Source: Octopus sinensis (lineage: Eukaryota). From it: a stretch of DNA of 64,000 nucleotides. Numbering within the stretch: the stretch's first letter is position 1; the number at the start of each line of letters is the position of its first letter. Positions 12,505 through 25,049 of this stretch are shown here, in pieces. The notes beneath the pieces were generated by a model that was given only the letters and a program-made list of their open reading frames with translations, did not search any database and was not told the origin of the DNA. A program made the position numbers and the translations under genes. The stretch spans positions 79,236,001 to 79,300,000 of the forward strand of contig NC_043004.1 in assembly GCF_006345805.1 (NCBI RefSeq), written 5' to 3'.

Positions 12505-13044
12505 TGTGTGTGTGTGTGTGTGTGTGCACATTATACAAATATATAGAACAGAGAAATAAGAGGATAAATGTTTATTTCATTCATCTACACCTGTTTCATA
12601 ATCTTGATAGTTATATAATTATATGTTACAGCAATGTTAATACACATAGAATATACATATAGAAACATGGATACCTGTTTACAGAAGGGTGATGATATGG
12701 GAACCAACAGACTAATCTTCAGAACGATACATTGGGGTTGAAAACAATTCTCCACCATTGTACCTTCTGTACCTTTCATAACAACACTTACGTTACCCTA
12801 AAGTCTACCATGGCCCATTGTTGTTCGCCAGGCAATTGGCAGAGAACTTAATGCAAAATATGCTTGATTCTTCAATTCCTTATTCTTTATTGCTACCTAC
12901 ATACAAACGACGATATATCGGAAGTCTGCAATGGCTTCATGAATGCCATCTCAGCTATAACCTTGGAGCCCTAGTAATCCGTTAAAGCGCTTACCTAGCG
13001 TACCTAAAAGTTTAGATCACCTGTGAACTAAACCCCCGTATTTT

Positions 13045-13352
13045 GTATGTATATATATCACCATGATCACCGTGTCCGACCAGGCTATCAGATGTTGCTT
13101 ACACATCGCAGGTCACAATGCGCTTCGCATTGTTTCAGCCTTCAAATGACGCCACCCTGCTGGCTAAGCGAGCAGGCCAACAAGTTGTGGCGAAAGAGTA
13201 CAGCAGGGATCGCCACCACTCCCTGCCGGAACATCGTGGAGCTTTAAGTGTTTTCGCTCAATAAACACTCACAACGCCCGGTCTGGGGATCGAAACCGCG
13301 ATCCTACGACCGCGAATCCGCTACCCTAACCACTGGGCCATTGCGCCTCCAC
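13045..13352 (-). mobile_element. tRNA-derived SINE, distinct family
   Basis: Head GGAGGCGCAATGGCCCAGTGGTTAGG (A box) ... GGTTTCGATCCC (B box) followed by a non-tRNA body. Confidence 0.8.
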
Positions 13353-13367
13353 ACACACACACACACA

Positions 13368-13421
<54 letters not shown>

Positions 13422-14393
13422 CTGATGGTTGTTTTATGTTATAATACAAACCATTTTACATTAAACTGAAGGATTACTCTATACTTTTGTAGAGTACAAG
13501 TTCCAGTCAGCTAAGTCTGATAATGGCTTAGCTGTCCAAAACTTCGAAGTCACTATCAATAAGTCTTGTTTAAGAATAATAAGTATATATGTGTGTATTC
13601 CTTTGTGGGTGTTTCATGCCATTTATGATGTAACTGGTCTAATTTCATTTTTTTTTAAACGAATGTTGAAGTAATTTCCCAAATAAGGTTACTATTGTAA
13701 TGAACTTGAGAGTAGAAAAAAAATGGCAAATATTTTAGAATAAAATCGGTGCAAGAACTACATGAATTATATTTCAATTTAGCGAGACTTGAACATGAAT
13801 AGACCATAATATCTACAGTATAAAGTATTAATAATTATATCTACAGAATCACTGGCCATCGGAAATGACATTGTATTTAATAATAAACAGAGGAATATGA
13901 GAAATCATATGTTTTTTAAGAATGTATTGAAAATATTCAACATAATAAGAACCCATCCACCGCCTTATACCTGCAATAATAATTTTGACAACAACATAGA
14001 CAACAACAATATCATTTATGACAAATTGAACAAAATATAATGTTCCTAATGCTGCCAGTGGAAATATTCTGTGTGACTGAATTATCTCATCCAATGACAC
14101 TGTGAAACCCGTTGTCCGTGACAAACAGAACTTGAGTTACAATAATGTTATCATTTAAATTTCCTTTTCCCAAGGACTCTTTTTCTTTGTTTACATTAAT
14201 CTTCCTCTTCTTAATTTTGATTCTTTGAAAGTTTCTCAAACAGTTCATATGTTTTCCTTCAAAATCAGAAATTTTTCAAAAGCTTTTCATTATTTTATCT
14301 TAGGTTAAATATTTAAATATTCCGTATTTTACTGTTGTAATTTTGTTTGTTGCAAATATATACATACATACATATGTATATATATATACATAC

Positions 14394-14485
<92 letters not shown>

Positions 14486-15391
14486 CAAATATATATATTA
14501 AATATATATTGTAAATATATATATATATATGAATATGTATGTATGTGTGTATATATATATATGCATGTGTTTAAAATATGTATGTATATTGGAGAAAAAT
14601 TTATATGTACTTATATCTAATCCATATATGCTTATAATGCGAATGTTTTCTCATAATATTTTTGTTTTCTGTAGAAATATACGATCTGTCATGATTTTAC
14701 TGGAATAAGAACTTAATGCAAGGAACAATGACAAAAAGACTAACAGCACAGAACAACATCAAATATATATATACACACACATGCATCCATATAAACAAAT
14801 AACTTGGAAACTGTTTTTATATATATATATGTATGTATATATTTATATGTATGTATGTATGTGTGTATATGTATACAATATGAATTAAAAGAGATCGATC
14901 TATTGAATCCAACTAATATAGCCTTGAAGAGGGCTCTATGATGAAAATAGAGTCACTAAGAATTCGTTTCTGGAGGTGACACCAATCATACTTTATTTTT
15001 TTATATAACCGCTACACAACACTCAAAAAGACAACATTCAAAAGAATCCAGAATCCATTAACTCTGAGGGATTTTTTTTGTCATTTATTCAGTGTTCTGT
15101 GAACATTTCTTTCTTTTGGCTACATTTATATACGGCGGACATTTTGTACAGTTTCAAACAAAATAATGCACTATGTTTTTTAAATAAAGACATTTAGTAA
15201 AAAAAAAAAAAGAAAAAGAATATATTATCAAATGCTCTTATATGTGAATCTTTGTGTTTACTTCCTTTTTGTAATTATATCTAAAGACATGCATGATTTG
15301 TACTGGTGTCACGTGAAAAGCTAGTGTCATTTAAAAAGCACCAAGAACACTCTGTAAAGTACAGTTCTATATTTAAGAGATGAGGAATTAT

Positions 15392-15554
15392 GTACATTAT
15401 TTACCTTATTTAATTTTGACGGATATTTGTCCTCATCTTGTTTGTTGCTAACACGTTTCGGCTGATATACCCTCCAGCCTTCATCAGGTGTCTTGGGGAA
15501 ATTTCGAACCTGGGTTCTCATTGCTAAGGTATTTTTCGATGTTTATTATTATTA

Positions 15555-15593
<39 letters not shown>

Positions 15594-15846
15594 TCACTGC
15601 CTGGAATCGAACTCGGAATCTTGGGGCTAGTAGCCCGCGCTCTTAAACACTATGCCATATGCTCGTGGGCATATGGCGTATATAATAATAATAATAATAA
15701 CAAATCGAAAAATACCTTAGGAATGACAACCCAGATTCGAAATTTCCCCCAAGACACCTGATGAAGGCTGGAGGGTATATCAGCCGAAATGTTGTGTTAA
15801 CAACAAACAAGATGAGGACAAATATCCGTCAAATGTAAATAATGTA
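15392..15846. mobile_element. Inverted composite element: tRNA-like head + (AAT)n + Penelope-type hammerhead tail, duplicated in inverted orientation
   Basis: 15392-15560 is the reverse complement of 15682-15846; A/B boxes at 15590-15663 (-); central hairpin 15651-15680. Confidence 0.85.
15753..15798 (+). ncRNA. Minimal type I hammerhead motif (second, damaged copy at 15450-15492 on -)
   Basis: GACAC-CTGATGA-A-GGCTG/CAGCC-GAAA-TG-TT-GTGTT. Confidence 0.65.
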
Positions 15847-16385
15847 GTCTGTAAAGTGATGGCATCAGGAAGGGCACCCAGCTGTAGAAACCATTCCCAA
15901 ACAGACAATGGAACCTAGTGCAGCTTCTGGCTTTGCCAACTCCTGGCAAGCCATCCAACCCATGCCAGTATGGAAAAACGGACGTTAAATGACGATGATC
16001 TGTGAATACTTGGTGTTGTGAGAATGCAACTGCTAAATTTTGATATTTGTAAATAAAATTGTATTTTTTTACCCAGGTGAAGGTATGGCTGTGTGATTAA
16101 GGAGTTTGCATGGCTTTAGGTTCAATCTCACTGAGTGACACATTGGGCAAGTGTCATCTACTATAGCCTCACATTGACCAAAGCTTTATAAGTGAATTGT
16201 GTGTGTGCGTTTAAGTTGTAATGATGAAGACAAGTGAAATGGTGATATTTTGAAATCTTTTGATACGCACGTTTCAGGTCTGTGTAATATATAAGAGAAA
16301 ATGCACCCAGTTTCTCTTCAGGTAATATATTTTGAAATGTTTTAATTGCAGAGTCCTACGTAATGGATGCAATTCCTATTATATA

Positions 16386-17578
16386 CAGGGTGCGTAAAAT
16401 ATTTGAGGACAGATCTATGTTTATAAATAAACAGATATATAATAACAGATAATAACTTTATTTATCACAAAATTCTATGAGGATCGAAATAAACATTCTT
16501 TTCTATAGTGTTATTCAATAAAGCCACCTTCAGCTTCAATGACGGCTTGTATATGAGATCTAACTCTACATTATCGAATCAAGTGGTCCTGGTTCATTTT
16601 CGACATTACTCTGACTATGGCAGCTTTCAAAGAATCTTTGGTGTTATGGGCGTGTTCATTGACCTCTCTCTCAACAATGCTCCACATGTAATAGTCCAGT
16701 GGATTTAAATCTGGGGGGATTAGGAGGCCAAATGTTAGGAGCTATGTGATCATGATTTTTTTTTTCTGTGTTACTAGAGCCTTGTGTGATAGTGTAGAGT
16801 CTTACTAAAACACATATGGCCTTCCATTGCATACACAGTCTATCCAGGGTTTAACAATTATTTCCAGGACCTAAATGTAGGCGGCAGAATTAACTATAAT
16901 GGAAAGAAGTAAGGAGGCATCACATGTCCTTCATTGCTGACAACCCCTAAAACCATGACAGTTGCAGGAAACTGTGTACGCATAACACTTGAAACTTCAG
17001 AAGGGTCTGCACATAACAATCTGTCATTTCTTCTGTAAACTTTTTGATCGTGGTCGAAGTTTTTCTCGTTTTAGAAAAACCAAATCAAATCTTCTTCTGC
17101 TGGATTTTTAAGTTTGTTTAAGAGCCTTTTAGATCTAATGCAGAGATTTTCTTTTGCTTTTTCTGAAAAACTGACGACTGTTCCTTCTGACACATGGAAA
17201 TCTTTTGTAATTGACCCCATGGACTTTCTGGGATTATAATCAATGGTCTGTTGAACTTGTTGGATAAATTCATGCGTCCTGATGATTTCAGAGCATTTAG
17301 AATGCTTTTTATGCTTTGATACTGGTGATACGTTTCCATCTTCTGTCTCTAGCTTCTTACAAACTTTGTAGATGAAAGATCTGGCAACTTTTGAAAATTG
17401 AGATATTTCTAAATCGCTATGCTCAGTCTTTATAACCACAATAACAGCATGCTCTTCCTTCTTTGAGTAAGCAGAGGGTCTGCCATTATTGTTTTCTGAA
17501 ACAAAGATTATACTGAGTAAGCAAAAGAATCAGCAATCACCCCAAAAAGGTATGTTCTCAAATACATTACGCACCCTG
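16386..17578 (-). mobile_element. Full-length but inactivated Tc1/mariner-superfamily transposon (DD37D/maT-like)
   Basis: TA-CAGGGTGCGTAAAATATTTGAG...CTCAAATACATTACGCACCCTG-TA TIRs/TSD; decayed transposase incl. WPPNPPDLNPLDYYMWSIVE and AVIEAEGGFIE*; ORF fragment 17071-17439. Confidence 0.9.
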
Positions 17579-17789
17579 TATTATGCAGATCTGAAACACA
17601 CATTAAATGATTTCAAAATATCACTATTTGGGTTTGATTTTCCTATTATTACAACTTATACCACTTAATGCCTGTACAAACTAGACTCCACTTATGCGTA
17701 TATTCTAATAACGATTTCGAGTCGTTCGTTATACTAGACGGGAGTCGAAAATTCTGACACTGTGCTTTGTTTCTTAGCATGACATGAAA

Positions 17790-17795
17790 TATCTG

Positions 17796-17881
<86 letters not shown>

Positions 17882-17882
17882 C

Positions 17883-17923
<41 letters not shown>

Positions 17924-17930
17924 CACACAC

Positions 17931-18029
<99 letters not shown>

Positions 18030-18030
18030 A
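17790..18030. repeat. (CTAT)n + (TA)n microsatellite
   Basis: Directly visible. Confidence 0.95.
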
Positions 18031-18979
18031 GGGAATTTTTTAACCACTATGTGGAAGCCCTTATGCTAGAAGAAGATCCGCTATGGTCTCAGCCACTAAG
18101 AATTGTTCTCCAGAAAATTTAGCACACCAGAAACGTAAGCGAGCAAGACAAATGAAAAATAAGAAAAAATATAGATTAATCACAAATAATTGTTTCCCTA
18201 TCAATAAATTACGTAATTTTACTTACACAATCTATCTGTAGATCGTCAGTGTGATCCTCTTTGCAAGATATAATTTGTAGAATGTGTTTGCTGTTATCTT
18301 GTCTAGACCTTATACAAGAGTGTTATAGTCATACAAAAAGTATCTTTGTTTCCAGCCTTCTACGTAAACATGTCTGACCATGGGGAAAATATTAATTACC
18401 TTACTTGGAACCAGGTGAAGTGTGGCAAAAGGAAGGGCATCTGACCACTGAAATTCTGCCTCAACAAATATCCTCTTTATGCTTGCATGGAGAAGAGGAC
18501 AAGAAAGTATAATGAGTAATATAGTTTAATATATTTATTAACGTTAAGGTGCTGAGCCGGAAAAAATCATTAGCATTCTGAATTCAAATTCTATCTTTAC
18601 GTTCCGAGTTCAAATTCTGCTGAGGTCAACTTCACCTTTCATCCTTTCAAGGTCAATAAAATAAGTACCAGTTAAACACTGGGATCAATATAATTCACTT
18701 ATCTTTTTCCCCGAATTTGCATGCCTCATACCAGACTTTGAAACTAATATAATTATTAACGTTCTGTTAAATTTAGTTCATAGTAACTAACATTATATTT
18801 TATGCAACGATTAATATATATAAAAGTGATGCTTAAAAATCAAAAATATAGCCATGGTGTCAACGAACTCAGCTGATAACACATCGTTAAACTCCAATTG
18901 ATATTGGTGAAATAAACTTGAATGTCTGTACATAAAGAATCGGCTAAAACAATGCTCAACATATTTAGAACATTTTCTA

Positions 18980-19400
18980 TCTTTTAATTGTTTCATTCAT
19001 TCGACTACGGCCATGCTGGGGTACCATCTTGAAGAATTTTAGTCGAGTGAATTGTCCCCAGAACTTATTTTTGCTAAAACCTGGTACATATTTTATCAGG
19101 AATTTTTTGCCAAACTGCTAAGTTATGGGGACGTAAACATGCCAACACCAGTTGACAAGCGATGGTGGTGGTGGGGGGGGAGGCAAACACAGACATAAAG
19201 CCACACACACACACACATACATATATGTGTGTTTTTGTGATGAGCTTCTTTCAGTTTCTGCCAACGAGGTCCTCTCACATGATTTTGGTTGGCTTGAGGT
19301 TATAGGAAAAGAAGAAACTTGGCCAAGGTGGCACGCAGTGGAACTGAATCCAGAACCATGTGGTCGGGAAGCAAACGCCTTGCCATACATTTAGAAAAAT
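18980..19400 (-). mobile_element. SINE family B; an oppositely oriented family B head follows at ~19400-19620 (+)
   Basis: Family B core and tail in reverse complement. Confidence 0.7.
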
Positions 19401-19799
19401 GATGGCTGTGCGGTACGAATTTTGTTTCCCAGCCACATGGTTCTAGGATCAGTCCCACTGTGCGGCACCTTCGGCAAGTGTCTTCACCTATTGCCTCGAG
19501 ACCAGACAAAGCCGTGTCAGTGGATTTGGTTGACGGAAACTGAAAAAAACCCGTCGAGTGTGTGTATATATATGTTTATATTTATATGTGTGTGTGTATA
19601 TATATGTATGTAAATACATACACACACACACACACTGCCCAGATCGGAGCAATCTCAAGATTAATCAGCCGAAATTGCGAAGATGATCCGGTTCTTGACT
19701 GATGATTGAAGGCTTCGAATGTCCCGTCCGTGTTTTTTTTTGTGTCGTCTTCTAAATGTTTCACGTTCTTGTCCCAGTTTGTATATATTTTTTTACTTT

Positions 19800-19865
<66 letters not shown>

Positions 19866-19870
<5 letters not shown>

Positions 19871-20170
19871 GGAGTTGAACGAAGATGTTATTATTATTCT
19901 TTTACTTTCGACAAATGTTTCGAAGACAACATGGTATTATTCCAAAGGAATAAGCGGTATAAAATGCAATCTTCTCATTAGGAAAGAAAGAGAGATGGCC
20001 TCTCTCAACAACAAGACATTATAACAATTACGATGACTGCCTAAATGATAAACAGAATAGGTCGCTTCATCCGTGTTACTTGCGTGAATTTTGCTACCCT
20101 GGTAACTGTTTATTGAATTTTCCATGTTTACGGTAAACTAAGGATAATTCATTCATCCATTTAAATATAT
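19866..20170 (-). mobile_element. Penelope-type terminal fragment with inverted 3' end; hammerhead motif 19905-19986 with mutated core
   Basis: 19866-20040 is similar to 29097-29270 in the same orientation; ~20080-20165 is similar to ~28935-29010 inverted; CTTTC-CTAATGA-GAAG/CTTC-GAAA-CATTTG-TC-GAAAG. Confidence 0.7.
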
Positions 20171-20175
20171 ATATA

Positions 20176-20210
<35 letters not shown>

Positions 20211-20631
20211 CATACATAGACACTCACACACACATACACACACACGCACATGCAAACACAAAACTCACATACACACACGCACATACACACACACACAAAT
20301 TGCCCCCATTACTTATTTTAAAGTCTAGTGCTTATTCTATCAGTGTATTTTGCCGAACCGTTAAGTTACGGGTATGTAAAGACTACACAGAACTCAAGAG
20401 ATACTCGGTTCAATCAACCTCGGGTCAGCCTAAACCTTGTGAGCAAAACTGGGAGAACATAAATTATATAGAAAATCAAACATTTATTACCAATGTATTT
20501 TAGATTAATTTAGCATATATCTACATATCTACATCAATGAAAGAGGCAAACCTCAGTGAAAAAAACTGAGAAGTTAAACATTTCAAAAGCAAGTACCATA
20601 TGACCAGGGCCGTCTGACCAGTAAATATATA

Positions 20632-20824
20632 TTTCTTTACTACCCACAAGGGGACAAACAAGGACAGAAAAACGGATTAAGTCGATTACATCGAGCCCAG
20701 TGAACTGGTACTTAATTTATCGATCCCGAAAAGATGAAAGGCAAAGTCGACCTCGGCGGAATTTGAACTCAGAACGCTACGCATTTCGCCCGGCGTGCTA
20801 ACGTTTCTGCTAGCTCGCCGCCTT
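20632..20824 (-). mobile_element. Full-length SINE family A with 19-bp TSD
   Basis: TCTGACCAGTAAATATATA at 20613-20631 and 20825-20843. Confidence 0.9.
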
Positions 20825-20965
20825 TCTGACCAGTAAATATATAGCCCCGATAAGAACACTGTACTGAAGCTTATGATTTTATTTACTGACAGAAAACCAC
20901 AGCAAAAATATGTTAGCATTGTGTTCCTAGGTTCGTGGGTCAACTCAATTTTTTTCTTTCCTCTG

Positions 20966-21127
20966 GGCGCAGGAGCGGCTGTGTGGTAAATAGCTTGCTT
21001 ACCAGCCACATGGTTCTGGGTTCAGTCCCACTGCGTGGCACCTTGGGCAAATGTCTTCTACTATAGCTTCGGGCCGACCAAAGCTTTGTGATTGGATTTG
21101 GTAGACAGAAACTGAAAGAAGCCTATC

Positions 21128-21164
<37 letters not shown>

Positions 21165-21334
21165 TCCCCCAACATCGCTTGACAACCGATGCTGGTGTAT
21201 TAACTTCCCCGTAACTTAGCGGTTCGGCAAAAAGACCGATAGAATAAGTCCTGGGGTGAATTTGCTCGACTAAAGGTCGGTGCTCCAACATGGCCACAGT
21301 CAAATGACTGAAACAATTAAAAGAGTAAAAGAGT
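20966..21334 (+). mobile_element. Full-length SINE family B; further copies at ~34860-35150, 37150-37370(-), 39930-40060, 49120-49490(-), 49505-50290, 50570-50730, 52825-52990, 56775-56945, 59440-59760(-), 61090-61710, 62263-62645
   Basis: GGCGCAGG..TGTGTGGTAA head, GGTTCAGTCCCACTGCGTGGCACCTTGGGCAA core, internal (TG)n, (AAAAGAGT)n tail. Confidence 0.85.
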
Positions 21335-22035
21335 ATGTAACCATAGCTTACATAGATCAGTATTGGTCCTTTACATTCAAGGAGGTTCCCCCAACAACTC
21401 CTTAGTGTGCTTAAATGTGGTTTGTGTTCCGCCCGAGTATTACCGACACTTCCTCGTCACTTTTGTGTCCGGAAATGCGTTGAGCTACTCATTCAACTTT
21501 TGGAAATCCGTAAGCAATGACATTATTGTTTACAAAAAGTGCTGAAAATACGATAAACATTTTTACCAGGTGTAAATTCGTAATTTACTTATTAATTACG
21601 TGCTACCTGTTAACATTCTGTGTTTTTCCTTTTTATCATGGATGACATATATTTATACAAGCGTTCCCGACAAAACTTGACGGTAAAAGCGTTTGTGACG
21701 TATGTTCTATGCTGAATTCAAGTGTAGCTTTGTGTTATGGTATTAGTATTTCTTCCATAATCAGTCTTCTGTAACAGAGGCCTTAAAACAACGTCAGAAA
21801 GGAAGACATTGATAGAAAATACTTTCATATATTATAGAATTATCCATGGAAAATTAAGACGGATTGTAGAAGCAATACTAATATCACAACACCAGGTTAT
21901 AATTAACATAGGACATACACACGTCACATCTTTAAATCCAGTGAAAATAGAACAGAAAAGCTGTAACAGTCAAGCTGTAGTAGAAAAATCTGTGTAAATA
22001 TAAGACACTCACTACAAAAATGGCAGCAGAGAAGT

Positions 22036-22353
22036 CAAAACTACTCTTCACCATAGAGACAGATCTGAGATAATTTGAAAACGCCGACAAAAAGGAATTT
22101 GGGGACTTTATTTTCGCAAACGAACAATAAGGATCTGATACGCATATACCAGAAAGCCTTAATAAAAGTATACCAGTATACGAAGTTTAAAAGTGTTTAG
22201 TTACGTGGAAATTATTTTTAAAAACTGCCGTTCAAAACCGAAAAGATCCCAAAACTACTCTACACCATGGAGACAGATCTAAGATATTTTGAAAACGCCG
22301 ACAAAAAGGAATTTGGGGACTTAATTTTTGTAAACGAACAATAAGGATCTGAT
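22036..22353 (+). repeat. 104-bp direct repeats (22036-22139, 22250-22353) flanking a truncated MITE end
   Basis: ~90% identical arms; the spacer ends in the TIR ...AACCGAAAAGATCC also seen at 24270-24296. Confidence 0.85.
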
Positions 22354-23874
22354 TAGCATTGGCCCCCTAGATAGTAGCTTGTAATTTAGGGTAAATGAGA
22401 TTGTTGTTTCTAGCATTTCGGATGACTACTTAGAGGATCTCACTGACGTTCATATAAAACGTACAGACGCCGATGGAACTACTTAACCTGGATGTCTTTT
22501 AATTATAAACGCATCTGCTCTAATTAGTTTACACCGACGAGACACACTTATGTTAAGAAAGTTCTGTCTATAAATAATCAGTCAGCAAATATTATAGTTG
22601 AAACGAATTTAAATGAAATTTTTAAAATATCGCACGTTTTTTCTATAAATTTCCGTTGACTTCTCTACTTTGTAAAAACAAAAGAAAAATTAAACAAACA
22701 CTATGGAACGAGATTATGTATGTAGTTTATTGATAACAAACACAAACCAAATTTCGTTATCTGATTCCCCTCTTCTGATTTAACTCCCATTGTTTTACTG
22801 GTCATCAGTATTCTTATAAATTGAGCTTTATTCTATGTCAACTAGTACATATTTCATTAACTTCAAAGAAGCAAGTAAATAACAAGGTTGGTCCCAGGAC
22901 GATTTACATTTTAATTTTCAAAGCCTTTTAAACAAGAATGGGAGATGTGGCTTCAAAAATTCACCTGTCAAGGAATATAACATCAGAAATACACACCACA
23001 GAGTTCTCAATGTTCAAAATAAGGATTTCTCACTTAAGCACAATGTCAGAGCAACAGAACAGCCAATTAGATGAAATAAATAAAGAAACAAACGCACTAA
23101 TATCAGTACTTGAAAAGTTAAAATGGTCTCAGTAGGATTTGAACTCATAACATACAGAACGTGAATGAATATCATAACGCTGTTTGTCTGCCGCTCTACC
23201 GATTCTGTAATCCAAAATAATATGTCATATCATTTCACTGTAAAAGTATATTTTGTATACAATGGCGATATTGGAACAATGAATAAAGAACTAGATTAGA
23301 TTCCGAAGTTTATTTCGGTTTAATGCTCCCCTGGCTCCACTCCTCATTCTCACTGACCTCTCTTTAAACTCTTACCCAGAATACTGGGTCACAGAAACTT
23401 CAAACCACTTTGGCACGTTTTTATTTTAAAATAAACCCCTGGGGAATGTAGAGCTGACTTTGAGAGCCACTGCCTTACACTGTCTAGTTTTGATAACCAA
23501 AGTTGTACAATATCTATTTTGGCGCCTCATGTTTCTATGATTATGTTACGTCTGGATCGACGTAGGCTTCCATTCATTCGAAGCTGACAAACTGTAGCAG
23601 AACCTCTTGTTCATTGAAATCGGTTTATTTTACAAACGTTCCCGATAACAAAACTTCGTGTAATGCGAGCAGTTTTTAGACTTTAACATTATTGAGTAGT
23701 GAGAGAAATTCCTTCGTTTTGTTCCATTTATTTTCATCTTTATTTTTCATCAACAATTTAATCAAATCACTCAATAATATTTTGTTGTGTCTTGGGAGAG
23801 TCATTATGCCAATAACAATAACTCACTCACGGGTTCAATTCCACTCCTTTATTTTAGTCAATTGGGTAAATATC

Positions 23875-24296
23875 GGATCTTTTCGGTTTGACCGGCAGTT
23901 TTTTCTAGCGGTGTCATATGAAATTGTCACCCATAATTATGACCCTAGTATCGATCTATTGCATTTCAATCTGTTTTAGAGTTAAGGTTAGGGGTGGGGT
24001 TGGGGGAAGGGTATCTTTTTTTCTTCAGAAATGTAAATAAACCCAATCTGTTTCTTAAACGAGGGACATATTCATACGGCACAGAATGTTTTCACCTCAA
24101 TAGACGTCATTGATTGGTTGAAATTGCAGAAATTGAAGAAAAAAACAACAAATATCTTACAAACTATAAAATTTTCTCAATAAAGCCAAGAGAAAAAGAT
24201 GTTTTATAAATACATTCTACCAGTATACGAAGTTTAAAAGTGTTTAGCTACGTGGAACTTATTTTTAAAAAACTGCCGTTCAAACCGAAAAGATCC
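23875..24296. mobile_element. MITE with ~29-bp TIRs
   Basis: GGATCTTTTCGGTTTGACCGGCAGTTTTT ... AAAAACTGCCGTTCAAACCGAAAAGATCC (1 mismatch). Confidence 0.85.
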
Positions 24297-24318
24297 AACT
24301 AATCGATAGTTTTTTTTA

Positions 24319-24600
24319 ATGTGTTGGTTAAACAATCAATCGGTTGCGTGTTAGTCTAAGTTCTTCTATAGGCGTTCGAGACCTTTTTAGTGACTTTCTC
24401 TCTCGCTCCAAGGTCTGCAACGAATTCGCATCAAGAATCTTACAAACTTAATACAAAAACCAAGTCACAAATATATTCTCCATTGTTCACGACTTCTTGC
24501 CAACGTTCCACAACTTGTCAATGGCTCGACTGATTTGTTGAAATCGTTGATAAAAAAAATAATTGAGGAAAAAAACGAACGAATTCATCTGCCAACCCAA
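24319..24600 (-). mobile_element. Mariner internal-deletion derivative
   Basis: TA-TTGGGTTGGC end at 24591-24602; frameshifted IDKL-ERWQEVVNNGEYICD mariner C-terminus on -. Confidence 0.65.
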
Positions 24601-25049
24601 TAAATAGACTAGAGATAACTTAGTAAATATAAACCACAAAGCAAAATCTGGTGTCTTACCGAGATAAATTGATAACTAGTTTCTAACAGTATTAATTCAG
24701 TAATCTTAAAATCAAGATCAGAATGTTGGTTTCAAATTTTAGCACAATTCCAGCAATTTCAGGGGAGTGGGTAAGCTGATTACATCGATCCCAGAGCTAA
24801 ACTGTTACTTATTTATCGACCTCGAAATGATGAAAGGCAACGTCGACTGCGGTGGAATTTAAGCTCAGAACGTTAAAGACGGGCGAAATGTTACTAAGCA
24901 TTTTGTCCAGTGATATGTCCACAGTCTAATTAGCTTATTAAGAGCATCAACTGCAACTTGTGCACTTATCAGAGAGGAAGTCTTTTTGTTTTCTTTTTAA
25001 ATTCAGACCCAAAGAAATCTTAATTTCATTAAGCTTATGATCGCCATTA

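Noticed and set aside
13849-14124. Membrane-protein-like minus ORF
   Set aside because: Non-ATG start and no identifiable family; hydrophobicity is expected from the antisense of an AAC/AAT-rich frame; not called as a CDS
15590-15663. Possible tRNA gene (also 13280-13352 and the SINE A/B heads)
   Set aside because: A/B boxes are present but there is no acceptor stem or T-run terminator, and each continues into a repeat body; these are SINE heads
16279-16322. 44-nt AG...GT-bounded segment with one open frame (VCVIYKRKCTQFLF)
   Set aside because: No compatible neighbouring exons or homology; such matches arise by chance in AT-rich DNA
22010-22020. CACTACAAAAA resembling a CACTA TIR
   Set aside because: No matching inverted end or subterminal repeats found
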